Positions 12,400 through 23,786 of a DNA stretch of 64,000 bases are shown piece by piece (positions within the stretch are counted from its first letter, which is position 1; each line of letters opens with the position of its first letter). The stretch is taken from positions 131,750,001 to 131,814,000 of the forward strand of contig OX597818.1 in assembly GCA_951406725.2 (NCBI GenBank), in the 5' to 3' direction. A model generated the notes under the pieces. The model was not told the DNA's origin, made no database searches, and saw only the letters and a program-made list of their open reading frames with translations. The stretch comes from Octopus vulgaris (Eukaryota). Both the position numbers and the translations under genes were made by a program.

Positions 12400-13070
12400 T
12401 CTGTTTAGACCACCCTTTGAGGCCCTTCTCTATATTTAGAGTTGCATGGTGCTATCCTTGGAAAGTGCAGTTCAGTTACATTAGGTGCTATTGCTATAAT
12501 TTGGAAAAGAAGGAACCCATGTCCCAAGCTATCTCTGTGCAGTTTTGCAATTAAGTATTTCCAACTGTTCAAACCTCTATGTTCCACTCCACTTGATTGC
12601 TGCCAGATTTGTTTTCTGTAGTGGATTTTCCAAGAAATTCTTGTGCACAACATCAACTCCATGCATAGACTTTCACTCATTTGTCAAACAGATCAACTTT
12701 CAACTTAGTGGTTCGTCAATGGCTAGGTTGACCAGAAGCTGAACCATTCTCAGATTTTACATTTATGGATCTTCAATGCATATGGAAATTCTAACAAGAA
12801 ATATGCAGCCATCACTCATATGTGGTCATGCAATATGAATGTTTCCCAACATAAGTATTTCTATGTCTCTGCATAAGTGCTATATAGTCAGTGACACTGT
12901 TTTAGATTCATCGGTACATTTGACAGGCCTTGCTACTTGTTCAGCAGGGTTTTTAGCACTCTCCTCAACAAACAAGCCTGGTGGGTGATGCTGATTTAGT
13001 GGCTAATAAGCTAACAGTTCAGCAGGCTGTACTGGATTACATGCTACCAAAAGTACTCAATAACAAATCT
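12400..13070 (-). mobile_element. Highly decayed LINE 5' portion (UTR plus possible APE start)
   Basis: 12915-13065 is homologous to 3898-4090; downstream there are only weak APE-like remnants (LAAIKWSG, GHGFLL). Confidence 0.4.
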
Positions 13071-13319
13071 ACACCACGAAAAATATAATCAGTACTTTAT
13101 GTTTTATATAACATACACATGTTTCAGAAATCTGGCCACCATAACTTACATGTGCCTGAAGGCCCTGTTACGCAACAAATGCAGCTGGGTCATTTCATCA
13201 GCATTACTGGCAAAAATACATGAAGAAACATGCAACTATGTTGAGCAAAGGAGTGAAGTGAGGAAATTCTTCACCTTATTCAAACCTTTTGGTAATGAGT
13301 CACACCTTCCAATGTACCT

Positions 13320-14337
13320 TTTGAACTGTGTGTGTTGCACAATAGGTAAGAAATGATAGTGTAATCACAGAATAAATGAACTCCATATTAGATAGTCCAT
13401 TTCTTAAAATCCAACATAATAATTAGGGTCAAATAGTCCAGCAGAAGTGTTGGCTGTTAGACGGGTGCAGTTTCAGCAGTTGCTAAATGTCTCCTATCCC
13501 TTACCAACACCGATAAGTTGAAAAAATGGTGTCTAGACAATCAGAAGTGGCCAATGGCACAATAGAATAATGTCCTCTTTTCTGATGAATCATCATTCAC
13601 ATTTTTTTTTTCCTTCTTCAAGGTGAGATTACGTCTGGAGACAAGCCAAAGAAGCCTTCAGCTTTGACTGTTTGGCCACAACTATGAAGTATGAAGGTGA
13701 CTATATGGCAGAATACTCTAGACCTTTTATTTAGGTTTTTTGGTTTCAAATGGCGAAGTTAACATCAAGGACTCCCTGACTACTTTGGTTGATTCTGTCC
13801 CTTCTATGGTACAAACTTTGTTTCTGAATGGTTATCTAGTCTTCCAGGAAAATAATGCTATTCACAATTAGTACAAAGAGCACAAAAGTAAAGTAGACAA
13901 CTTGGATTGGCCTTCCACAGTCAACAGATCTCACAAATAATTGAACATTTGTGGTGCATTTTGGAGCAGTAAGTAGGGAACCGCTTCCCTCTGCACAGTG
14001 CTGTTTTAACAGCATTATAGTCCCGTTAACTCCCTGGGAAAATCATTACACTGGAGCCTACAGTATCTACATATTAACAGCATATCTAGATCGGAGATGG
14101 ACAATTGCCTAATGTACCCATGGCTTATGGCACTACCTCCTCTGTTGTAATTTAAAGAACTAAAGCAATTTTTACTTGAAGAATGGCTCAAAATTCCCTT
14201 AAGGACTTTTCTGAACATGTATGAGTCAATTTGTCAATGTATTAAAGTTGTGGCTGGTGCTAAAGGTGGACCAATTTAATATTAAGTAATAAAATTTCCA
14301 TTTATTAAAGTATTTCCATTATTTTGTCCAACCTCTG
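13320..14337 (+). mobile_element. Tc1-family (DD34E) transposon relic, right TIR retained
   Basis: VLFSDESSF, VWRQAKEAF, FQENNA.H, LDWP..S.DL..IEHLW, ELKQFLLEEWLKIP, AKGGP; ends in the TIR-like ttccattattttgtccaacctctg. Confidence 0.85.
13996..14135. mobile_element. hAT-like MITE nested in the Tc1 relic
   Basis: Interrupts the transposase between RFP and ELKQ; cagtgc...gcacta termini; similar to the reverse complement of 58018-58209. Confidence 0.5.
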
Positions 14338-14497
14338 CATATTCATCCATATACATATGTGTGTATGTGTTTTTATGTACATATATATATATATATATGT
14401 ATGTATGTGTGTGTAGGTGTGTATGTATGTAGGTACATATATATATATGTATGCATATATGTGTGTATGTAAGTACATATATATATATGTATGTATA

Positions 14498-14536
<39 letters not shown>

Positions 14537-14537
<1 letters not shown>

Positions 14538-14762
14538 CCGACCGTGGCCGATGCCAGCCTCGCCTGGCACCAGTGCAGGTGGCACGTAAAAAGAACCCAC
14601 TACACTCACAGAGTGGTTGGCATTAGGAAGGGCATCCAGTGGTAGAAACATTACCAGATAAGACTGGAGCCTGGTGCAGCCTTCTGGCTTCCAAGATCCC
14701 CGGTCGAACCGTCCAACCCATGCTAGCATGGAGAACGGACGTTAAACGATGATGATGATGAT
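14537..14762 (+). mobile_element. RTE-tail element (5'-truncated relative of 25270-25760)
   Basis: One atccgaccgtggccgatgccagcctcg unit followed by a tail ending ggacgttaaacgatgatgatg. Confidence 0.88.
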
Positions 14763-14869
14763 ATATATAAATAAATAAAGAGAGAGAGAGATGCACATAT
14801 ACATATGTAAAAGAATTGATATATGCATGTGTATGTATATAGACACATACATGCATTTTCTATGCTGGC

Positions 14870-15200
14870 ATGGATTGAATAGTTCAACAGGATGCAATGT
14901 TCTGCAAGTTCTCTACAAGTAGTGGTTGGATTTTCAGTGACAACAGCTTCCAACTCTTTGGAATCAAGTTGTTTTGAATGACCTTCTTTCAGCTCATATT
15001 TCAAACTCAAATCCCCACTGCTGGAGTGAGAAAACCATCTGCAACATCTTTCACTCACTACATCTTCCCCATAAACTATCAGATTATGGCCAATACCATC
15101 AGAATCTGGAAGAAAAATGTATTAATTCCTCATTGTGAGGTTCTTAAAACATTGCAAGAGGCATAATTTTAAAAAACACTACCACTACCTTAGCACCAAC

Positions 15201-15204
<4 letters not shown>
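14870..15204 (-). mobile_element. mariner 5' fragment (Hsmar1/cecropia-like TIR, N-terminal HTH)
   Basis: ERCCRWFS..SGDLSL...LEAVVTENPTTTCRELAE; the TIR tcaggttggtgctaaggtagtg resembles Hsmar1 ttaggttggtgcaaaagtaattg. Confidence 0.82.
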
Positions 15205-15232
<28 letters not shown>

Positions 15233-15237
<5 letters not shown>

Positions 15238-15772
15238 CTTTAAAAGTCCCTCCTAGCGTGTGGCATTTATGTGTAATAATGCCCTCTATATAATATAAAA
15301 AAATATTTTCAAGTGAAAAAATTTACAGATTTTTTTCTCTTATGAGGTTTTTCACGCTAACTACCTGATAATTTCTTATTAAGATTTTATCCTATTTTTA
15401 AATTTGTTCCGAAGAAGCACGTTTCTTACCGAAATGCAATTCAAAAAAGCCCGCCATTTACATAAATATGTCAGGGGTGAACATTTTCATATGCTACGAT
15501 GGGGGCGACGGTTGTCTGTCTGGTTCCGCCTGGTATGTTGGTTTTGTTCATTCATGATATATTTTGAATTCATTTCACTGAAGAGCAAGAGATGTAGATA
15601 ATACGTTAATTACAAAATCACAGGTGATCTGGAACTAAATTCTGTTTTTAAATGTCTCACTTCAAGAATTGCATTCGGTACGATTTGTTTATTTTTGGTA
15701 GTTATGACTTTAAAAGCCCCTCCTAGCGTGTGGCATTTATGTGAAATAATGCCCTCTATATAATATAAAATA
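15233..15772. repeat. 470-bp unit with 68-bp terminal direct repeats in a (TA)n tract
   Basis: 15233-15300 repeats at 15703-15770 with 2 mismatches. Confidence 0.8.
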
Positions 15773-15781
15773 TATATATAT

Positions 15782-16620
15782 CAGAGGTGACACCAGGTCA
15801 TCAGCATCACTTGGGCTCCCCACAGATTTCATCACCCGGGTTCATCACAGATTTGGTCACTCAGGCTTGTCACAGATTTTGCATAAGACACATGACTGCT
15901 CAAAGAATTTCATGTTTTTCTACAGTATTTCTAACCCCAAAATGGCTTATTTTTTATATCTAGTAGTATGTCTTTCTCCGTTTATAAGTTAAGGGTAAAA
16001 ATATAGTAACCCTGCAAAACACAACTGATCTTTACACACAGACGCTCAGAAAAACAGCAATCAAATAACGACAGCGGAGTGAACAACAAACATCAGTAAT
16101 CCGACTGTTGCCTGTGCTCTTGACAAGAGATGCCAGTTAGTCTTTTACACCTACTAGGCTCATTCATATTAGTCCAAGTTGCTGGATAATTTTTCATTCC
16201 TTTAAGAATATTGTAGAACAGAAACTTTTCATCGACTGGAATTTAAATCCTAATCTCTATAGAAATTTATTGTTTCAAGAAAACATTGAATTTGAATTCC
16301 TTTTAATTTTTACGATTATAGATAACAACTCGGGCCGTAACTTCTGAGCCTGAGTGAGGCATGTGTGAACGATGTTGAGAGAACATCCGCTAAGAATGAT
16401 ATTTTTTTAACGAAGAGCAACTCTAAGATGACCGTCAGATGCAGAACGAAGATAAATGAAATGTGACCAGGCTCAATAAAAGGAGCCCAAGTTATTGGCT
16501 GCAATTACATACTTGAAGTCAGTGTTGGCAGAAATTAAATCAGCTTGAAAATACACCTTCACTTCAACAAATTTATACCCAGGCTATGCCTGAACAACTC
16601 GAGTACAGGAGTCACCACTG
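15782..16620. mobile_element. Non-autonomous DNA transposon, about 840 bp (hAT-like)
   Basis: TIR cagaggtgac / gtcaccactg (9/10); subterminal cacagattt x3; flanks atatatat / gcatatat. Confidence 0.6.
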
Positions 16621-16636
16621 GCATATATATATATAT

Positions 16637-16869
16637 GCTAAACCTCGCTAAGATAAATATTTCAATTACCTGAAGATTGACTGTAACCATAACTCGAATT
16701 ATTACGAATTGGACAGCCATGAAACGATCGTAGTGTTTTACTCATATCTTTTATTAAACTTTTAATAATTTTGATATATATTTAAAATAATATAAATTAA
16801 TTAATTTTATGTATTGGCTTAAGTTTTTCATTGTTTGATTTGCATAATAGTGGTTTTATCTCTAATTTA

Positions 16870-16880
<11 letters not shown>
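16637..16880 (+). mobile_element. (TA)n-embedded element carrying a type I hammerhead-like motif (Penelope-like pLTR piece)
   Basis: CTGAAGA at 16670-16676, stem II, GAAAC-GATC-GTA at 16721-16732; 3' part shared with 7564-7700. Confidence 0.65.
16664..16738 (+). ncRNA. Hammerhead ribozyme motif (type I, minimal palindromic stem III), partly decayed
   Basis: Core CUGAAGA ... GAAA-C-GAUC-G-UA; stem II tgactgt/acagcca (6/7); stem I is weak in this copy. Confidence 0.55.
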
Positions 16881-16915
<35 letters not shown>

Positions 16916-16982
16916 CACACACACATAGATACAAATGTGCACAGATACACATACACACACACACATATATATATATACATAT

Positions 16983-17140
16983 AGCAGAAGGTATGGCTGT
17001 TTGTTAAAAACCTTGCTGCCTCACCACATGGTTCCAGGTTCAGTCCCACTGCATGGCAACTTGAGTGTCTTCTACTATAGCCTTGGGCCGACCAAAGCCT
17101 TGTGAGTGGATTTGGTAGATGGAAGCTGAAAGAGGACTTG
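16983..17140 (+). mobile_element. SINE S1 head
   Basis: A/B boxes and S1 head, followed by microsatellite. Confidence 0.85.
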
Positions 17141-18016
17141 TGTGTATGTGTATATATATATATACACACACACACACATATATACATACACACACAACAT
17201 TCAAATACACATATACATGCACATATATATATTTCTATACACACATACATATGAACATGTGTAAACACATATACATATACATACACACACATATATAAAT
17301 TTGCATGTACCACGTTCTCACATTTTTTTTCCTTCTTGTGTTTTTCTTTGTTTTTTTTTTGGGGGGGGGGTTAACTACATACACACACACACATACATAC
17401 TTGTACACATATACATACATATACAAACACACACACAAACACACATATACATACACATGAACACATACATACATATACACAAACACATATACATAAAAGT
17501 ATAAAAACACACACACATATATGCATATGTATATAAATAGAAACATTCACAGTTCCCAAGATGTCTCGGTGTTAAATGAAATACTACATCTCTAATATTA
17601 TTCAACTGCGTAGGATTTAAATATTACAACAGAATATGCAAATTACATAAAGTCAAAAACTGCATGTCATTATCTCAAATAATGAGAGATTCCACTAAGG
17701 GAGAGTTTGCCTTCTTGCTTAAAAAATCAATATTTCACCCTCGATAAAAATAAATGCTTTTTATTGATCATCATTAAAGTACTGTAATAGTAGCAGACGA
17801 AAAAGAAAAAAAATTCTTCAGTTTTTGTAAATACGCAATAACTTCAAGCAAAAGAGAAATCATGAATTCTAGCTTTATTTTTTTGAGTTCCTACACAACC
17901 AATGTATTTATCTACAAGTCAACACAAGACCCTCAACATTGTTAATCAATATGCTCAAAATAGCAGCTAAATTCCCAAAAATCATATTATACCATTTATT
18001 CATTTTTAGATTTTAA

Positions 18017-18238
18017 CCCTTTCGTTACTCTATTTATTTTGAAATGCTCTGCGTTTCTTTCAATTACTCTAAATATAACAAAGAATTTAGTAAAATAACT
18101 TAGTTATCATTGAGCTAGTGTTAGGGACACATAAATTGTGACTAAGGTTTGGTGGAAGATTTTAATTCAAAACTTATGAAAACAAGACATTTGTACTCAG
18201 AGCCAAGGCCGGTTTCAGCCGGGTTGGTAACATAAGGG
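18017..18238. mobile_element. piggyBac-type MITE, family A
   Basis: TTAA at 18013-18016 and 18239-18242; CCCTT...AAGGG termini; homologous to 2041-2262. Confidence 0.9.
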
Positions 18239-18368
18239 TTAAAAGAACTCATATCAGCTATTGATAACTAATATTTGATCATAGATCTACTGGATCAGGG
18301 TAGATATGGAGATGAAATATCAACAACATATATCGAGATACATGACTGAAGAATTATATTAAAGACAT

Positions 18369-18592
18369 TCTCTTTTACTCTTTTTACTCTTTTACTTGTT
18401 TCAGTCATTTGACTGCGGCCATGCTGGAGCACCCCCTTTAATCGAGCAACTCGACCCTGGGACTTATTCTATTGTAAGCCCAGTACTTATTCTATCGGTC
18501 TCTTTTGCCGAACCGCTAAGTGACGGGGACGTAAACACACCAGCATCGGTTGTCAAGCAATGCTAGGGGGACAAACACAGACACACAAACAT

Positions 18593-18639
<47 letters not shown>

Positions 18640-18805
18640 TACGACAGGCTTCTTTCAGTTTCCGTCTACCAAATTCACTCACAAGGCTTTGGTCAGCCCA
18701 AGGGCTATAGCAGAAGACACTTGCCCAAGGTGCCACGCAGTGGGACTGAACCCGGAACCATATGGTTGGTAAGCAAGCTACTTAACACACAGCCACTCCT
18801 GCGCC
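18369..18805 (-). mobile_element. SINE S1, full length
   Basis: Reverse complement of the 6989-7402 type, with a (ctcttttta)n tail. Confidence 0.93.
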
Positions 18806-18839
18806 TATAGGGAAAGTATTTAGGAATAATATTCTTTAA

Positions 18840-19048
18840 CCCTTTACTCTGTCAAATGTAATGCTTATTAATTAATGTTTTTTTAAAACTAATCATGGAT
18901 TATCAGATAGCTTTGAGATTTTGAAAACGTATTGCTTATTTTTGGAAGCACATTGCAGAGTAGGTGCGAGAAGCTGGATTTTCCAAGTTTGAACACAAAC
19001 CAGGTAGAAAATTTGGGCCAGATATGGCCATTTTGAATGCTAAAGGGC
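18840..19048. mobile_element. piggyBac-type MITE, family B (degenerate)
   Basis: ttaaccctttac...gaatgctaaagggctaa; homologous to 41338-41558. Confidence 0.8.
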
Positions 19049-19276
19049 TAAACTATAATAAAGATAATTATGATGATAAAGGTAACCAATTATTATGATT
19101 ATATAAATAACAAAAATTACGGTTATCTAAAATCAGAGATTATCAGATAAAATAGTATGTTAAGAGTTCCATTTCCCCCAAAGCTGATGTTACCCATTAT
19201 CAACTCATTAGTGGCATGTAAAAAGCACCCAGTACACTCTGTAAAATGATTGGCATTAGAAACAGCATCCAGTTGT

Positions 19277-19661
19277 GTGGAAGCACTCCATCGGTTCCGA
19301 CGACGAGGGTTCCGGTTGATCCGATCAACGGAACAGCCTGCTCGTGAAATTAACGTGTAAGTGGCTGAGCACTCCACAGACACGTGTACCCTTAACGTAG
19401 TTCTCGGGATATTCAGCGTGACACAGAGAGTGACAAGGCCGACCCTTTGAAATACAGGTACAACAGAAACAGGAAGTAAGAGTGAGAGAAAGTTGTGGTG
19501 AAAGAGTACAGCAGGGATCACCACCATCCTCTACCGGAGCCTCGTGGAGCTTTTTAGGTGTTTTCGCTCAATAAACACTCACAACGCCCAGTCTGGGAAT
19601 TGAAACCACGATCCTACGACCGCGAGTCCGCTGCCCTAACCACTGGGCCATTGCGCCTCCA
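19277..19661 (-). mobile_element. tRNA(Arg-like)-derived SINE, family S2, with 11-bp TSD
   Basis: Minus-strand head ggaggcgcaatggcccagtggttagggcagcggactcgcgg...ggtttcaattccc; TSD catccagttgt at 19266-19276 and 19662-19672; inserted in an older RTE-tail repeat. Confidence 0.9.
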
Positions 19662-19809
19662 CATCCAGTTGTAGAAACTATGCCAAAGACAAAACCATGC
19701 ACTAAACGGGCCAAAAAGTTCACAGGCTGACTATGAAGGAATGATGCATGAGATGTGAAATCTGGCATACATTAGTTCCAACATTTCTTATTAATGGTTT
19801 CTTTCTAGG

Positions 19810-20575
19810 TAAATGACATAACACTCTGCAGAGAAGACTTCAAAAGTAACTAGTAGCAACTTCTCTTGAAAATGGACAAAACTTGGTGTTATGCTGTTGT
19901 GAGGTACCTGCAGAAGAAGGGTTTAGCCTCCCAAGGACATTCATGTTGATACGGTTGCTACATTAGGGGATGACACTCCAACTTTATCAGCAGTGCAAAA
20001 GCAGGCAGAAAAATTTAGTAGGGGAATAGAGGGTCTTGAAGATGACCCAGGGTCTGGATGTCCTGCAACTGCCACTACCGAGGAAAACATTTATTGCATC
20101 CACCACATGGTGATGAATGATAGCTTGTTGACTACAAATCAAATAGCCAATGCTATTAGCATATTCCATGAAAGAATTGAGAATATTTAGCACAATGAAC
20201 TTGGAATGATGATGGTTTCTGTTTGTTGGGTGCCACAGCTTCTGGTACCCACTTCTAATTAAAAGTGCACCAGGCTCATCATATCACAGGAAAATCAGAC
20301 ATGGTTTCAGGCTGATCCACCTGATTTCCTTGAACATTTACTAACCCAGGATGAGTATTGGCTCCTTCCCTTTAAGCCCTTGATAAAGAGACAATCCATG
20401 CAGTGGAAACACCGTTCCTCACCTGATTCAAAGAAGGCCAGGGAAGGTGACAGTTACAGTTTTCTGGAGTACAAATGGTGTCGTATTTACTGATTGTCTT
20501 CAAAACGCCATCAAAGAAGAGTACCATGCCAAATTGTCAAAGCAGTTATGAAAGCCTATCAAGATCAACAATCTA
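19810..20575 (+). mobile_element. mariner transposase relic (N-terminal two thirds)
   Basis: YLQKKGL, LEDDPGSGCPATATTEENI, VSVCWVPQLL (WVPRLL motif), LTQDEYW, QSMQWKH; stops and frameshifts. Confidence 0.88.
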
Positions 20576-20796
20576 TATCATCAATGTTTTATATCCCTCC
20601 AATGTTATTATCAATAACCAAACACCATACATCACAACATATATGTATCAATACACAGAGGCTGGCAGAAGCATGTCTCCAAAATTAAGAGTAATAGTAA
20701 GCTTTTCAACTTCTAGCAAATAGTTTAAAAAATCAACAATGAATATTCAGTGTCCTTTTCTTTCCTTCATTTTTGTGCAGCTCTATATGTTACAAC

Positions 20797-20835
<39 letters not shown>

Positions 20836-21484
20836 TATAAGTAGGCATCTGTTTGTACCTGTGTGTGCATTGAAGCAGTCCTTGAATAATATCTGAGCAT
20901 ATTTTGTAAGTTATAGTTTATGTGTGATTATTCACTGATTTTAATTGTCAGTTGCTGAAACAATTGTAACAAATATGAAATAAATGAAATACCAACATCA
21001 TACTTCCTCATAGTCTCACATACTGAACATGGTCTTTATACTACATAATAGTCCTACACTGCTTCCATGTTCCACCACTAGGCCATGTAGCAGAGGGTGT
21101 TTAACATGGATACTATCAGGAGCGACTACCAATTGTAATTTGTCATGCACCTAGCACATCCATTTTCACTTTACATATATATATATATTTGAGTAATTGA
21201 ATGAATTATCTTATTAAGGATAATTCGAAAGATAACCGATACCTGGGTAGCAAATTCACATCAGAAAGAACACGGTTGAAGCTACGTCCTTGAGAGTGGT
21301 CAGCTAAAAGTTTTTTGTGCATTATTGCCATGTTGAAGAGCAGTCAAACTAAAAGTTGTTTTGCATTTATATTCGACTGAGTTCCTTGATACTAACACAA
21401 TTGTTTGTTTGTATTCCACCTGCCTTAGGAATATGTCCTTCAAACATATGTTAAAGGATATTTTCTAGTCATTCAACTCCATTC

Positions 21485-21537
<53 letters not shown>

Positions 21538-21589
21538 TGTGTGTGTCTGATATATGTAAATATTCTGTTGCAATCCATTATGTCAAAAG

Positions 21590-21745
21590 ATAACTTAGCC
21601 ACCTGACGAATAGGGATTGATAAAATAAATATCAATAACAAATGAAATAAGTATGGAATCAGTGTAATTAACTAAAAAAAACCCTTGTAGTTGGTTCTCT
21701 AGCTTGACTGCAGAGAAGTGACTGAAAACAGTGACAGAATAAGAA
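21590..21745 (+). mobile_element. Old SINE S1 3' half
   Basis: taacttagc...gataaaataaatatc...ttgactgcag...tgactgaaaacagtgacagaataaga. Confidence 0.55.
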
Positions 21746-22549
21746 AACATAGCACAGCTATACTAAATATCTTAGCCTCCATCATCCACATCTTTCATAT
21801 AAACTAAGAATTGAGTGCACTATCAATTAGTTGGCTACTTTTGCAATGTATACATTATGTACACGTGACTGTAAGGAAAAGGAGAAAGACTAAATAAAGA
21901 GAGAGGTTTGCATGTACTTGTGAACATAACCAGAATTGTAGTCAAATTATCATGTATTTATTTATAACTATGTGAAAAAGAAGCCAAATAAATCACAAAT
22001 TTAAGCAAATATTCAAAATATCATTTCTGTGGGAAAAAAACCATTTTTTTTTTTTGTAGAACTGCATACATTTTTTTTGACTATTGAGTTGAATTAGTTC
22101 TACATTTTTTTCCACAGAACACAAATTGTAAGCATCTTTGAAGTTTAAATTCTATGTTATTTTATTAATGTTGTAGTTACTTTAAAAAAAGTAGGTAGTT
22201 AGTATGAGTAACCTCACCTCACATTAAAATAAACAAATAAATGAGGAAATTGTTTTTTTTAGTTTAAATTCTTTACAACATATGTATGTATATGTGCATG
22301 AGTCAATTCAAGCATATAATCTCATTTTATATATATATATATATATATATGCTTGTAGTTATGTGTATATATTGTATGAGTGTGTGTTCATGCATATACA
22401 GACAGACAAGTACATAGATGTAAGTGAAAACATTTATCACCATAAATGTATATAAATACAAAGAAAGAACTTATTTATATAGACAGCACCACAAAGAGAA
22501 AAGTGAGCATCAATAACACCCATACTATACAGGGGAGTATGAAATGAGA

Positions 22550-22960
22550 ACTGAATTCACTGATCCTTAGTTCAAATCATTGATAATCAATCGAGCATAG
22601 AATCACAAAGGAAGAGAGGAATTAGCTATCTGAGCAAAGAAATATTACAGGCTGGCAAATAGTATGGGAGGAAGGGAGCCTAATGGGGCTTCCTAAAAAA
22701 AAAAAAATTGGGGAAAGAGACAAAACAGCAAGATAAAAGGCATGTTGTGCAGGTTGCACAAAGAGGAGGTGGTTCACGAATGGAATGCTCTTCCAAGCAA
22801 CAGTCATAGAAATAGCAATGAAATAGCAATGGAACAAGTATTAAAAGAGGCCATGTAATGATTTAAATGAGATTGTGGTGAATCAATCAGGAGAAAAAAC
22901 CTCCAATAAGGTGTAGAGCATTTTGTCAGCTTGCTTCAGAAAAGGCAGGGCCAATAGCCT
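22550..22960 (-). mobile_element. Highly decayed non-LTR LINE 3' fragment
   Basis: Weak SLLFHCYF..CC similarity to the SLSLFYRYY..CS block of CR1/jockey-like RT C-termini (compare 60242-60640). Confidence 0.35.
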
Positions 22961-23361
22961 ATAAACAAATGGCAGAGGACTTAGGGATATCACTAAAATA
23001 TTTAATATCTAGCATAGAAAACAGCTACATTTTATCCACATATTTCTATCACATCCCAAAGAATTTGACATTATGTTTTTTTGGCTTTTTTTTTTTTTTT
23101 ACTCTTTAATGTCCACTCTCTAAAAATTCTCAATACACATTGGAATTTCTAGCTTGGATTAAAACTAAATGGGTTTCTATGACACTGAATTAATTTGAAA
23201 CAAAAATAAACAAATTAATAAATACGCACAATTATTTATGAAAAATCTCTTCAAATAGAATGTCTTTCTGTAAAAAAAGTAAAGCATTTAAGACCACAAC
23301 ACATTAATAAACCTGTTACTATTTGTTCTCCATTTTTTATTTTGAAAGTGGATTATTATAT

Positions 23362-23786
23362 GGCGCAGAAGTGGCTGTGTGGTAAGTAGCTTGCTAACCA
23401 ACCACATGGTTCCGGGTTCAGTCCCACTGCGTGGCATCTTGGGCAAGTGTCTTCTGGTATAGCCCCGGGCTGACCAATGCCTTGTGAGTGGATTTGGCAG
23501 ACGGAAACTGAAAGAAGCCTGTCGTATATATGTATATATGTATGTATATGTATGTGTGTGTATGTGTTTGTGTGTCTGTGTTTGTACCCCCAGCATTGCT
23601 TGACAACCGATGCTGGTGTGTTTACATCCACGTCACTTAGCGGTTCGGCAAAAGAGACCGATAGAATAAGTACTGGGCTGACAATAGAATAAGTCCCGGG
23701 GTCGATTTTCTCGACTAAAGGCGGTGCTCCAGCATGGCCGCAGTCAAATGACTGAAACATGTATAAAAAAAGTAAAAGTAAAAGTA
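23362..23786 (+). mobile_element. SINE S1, full length
   Basis: Same structure as 6989-7402. Confidence 0.93.

Noticed and set aside
19585-19661. tRNA gene
   Set aside because: The A/B boxes belong to a SINE head with body and TSD; there is no proper acceptor stem.
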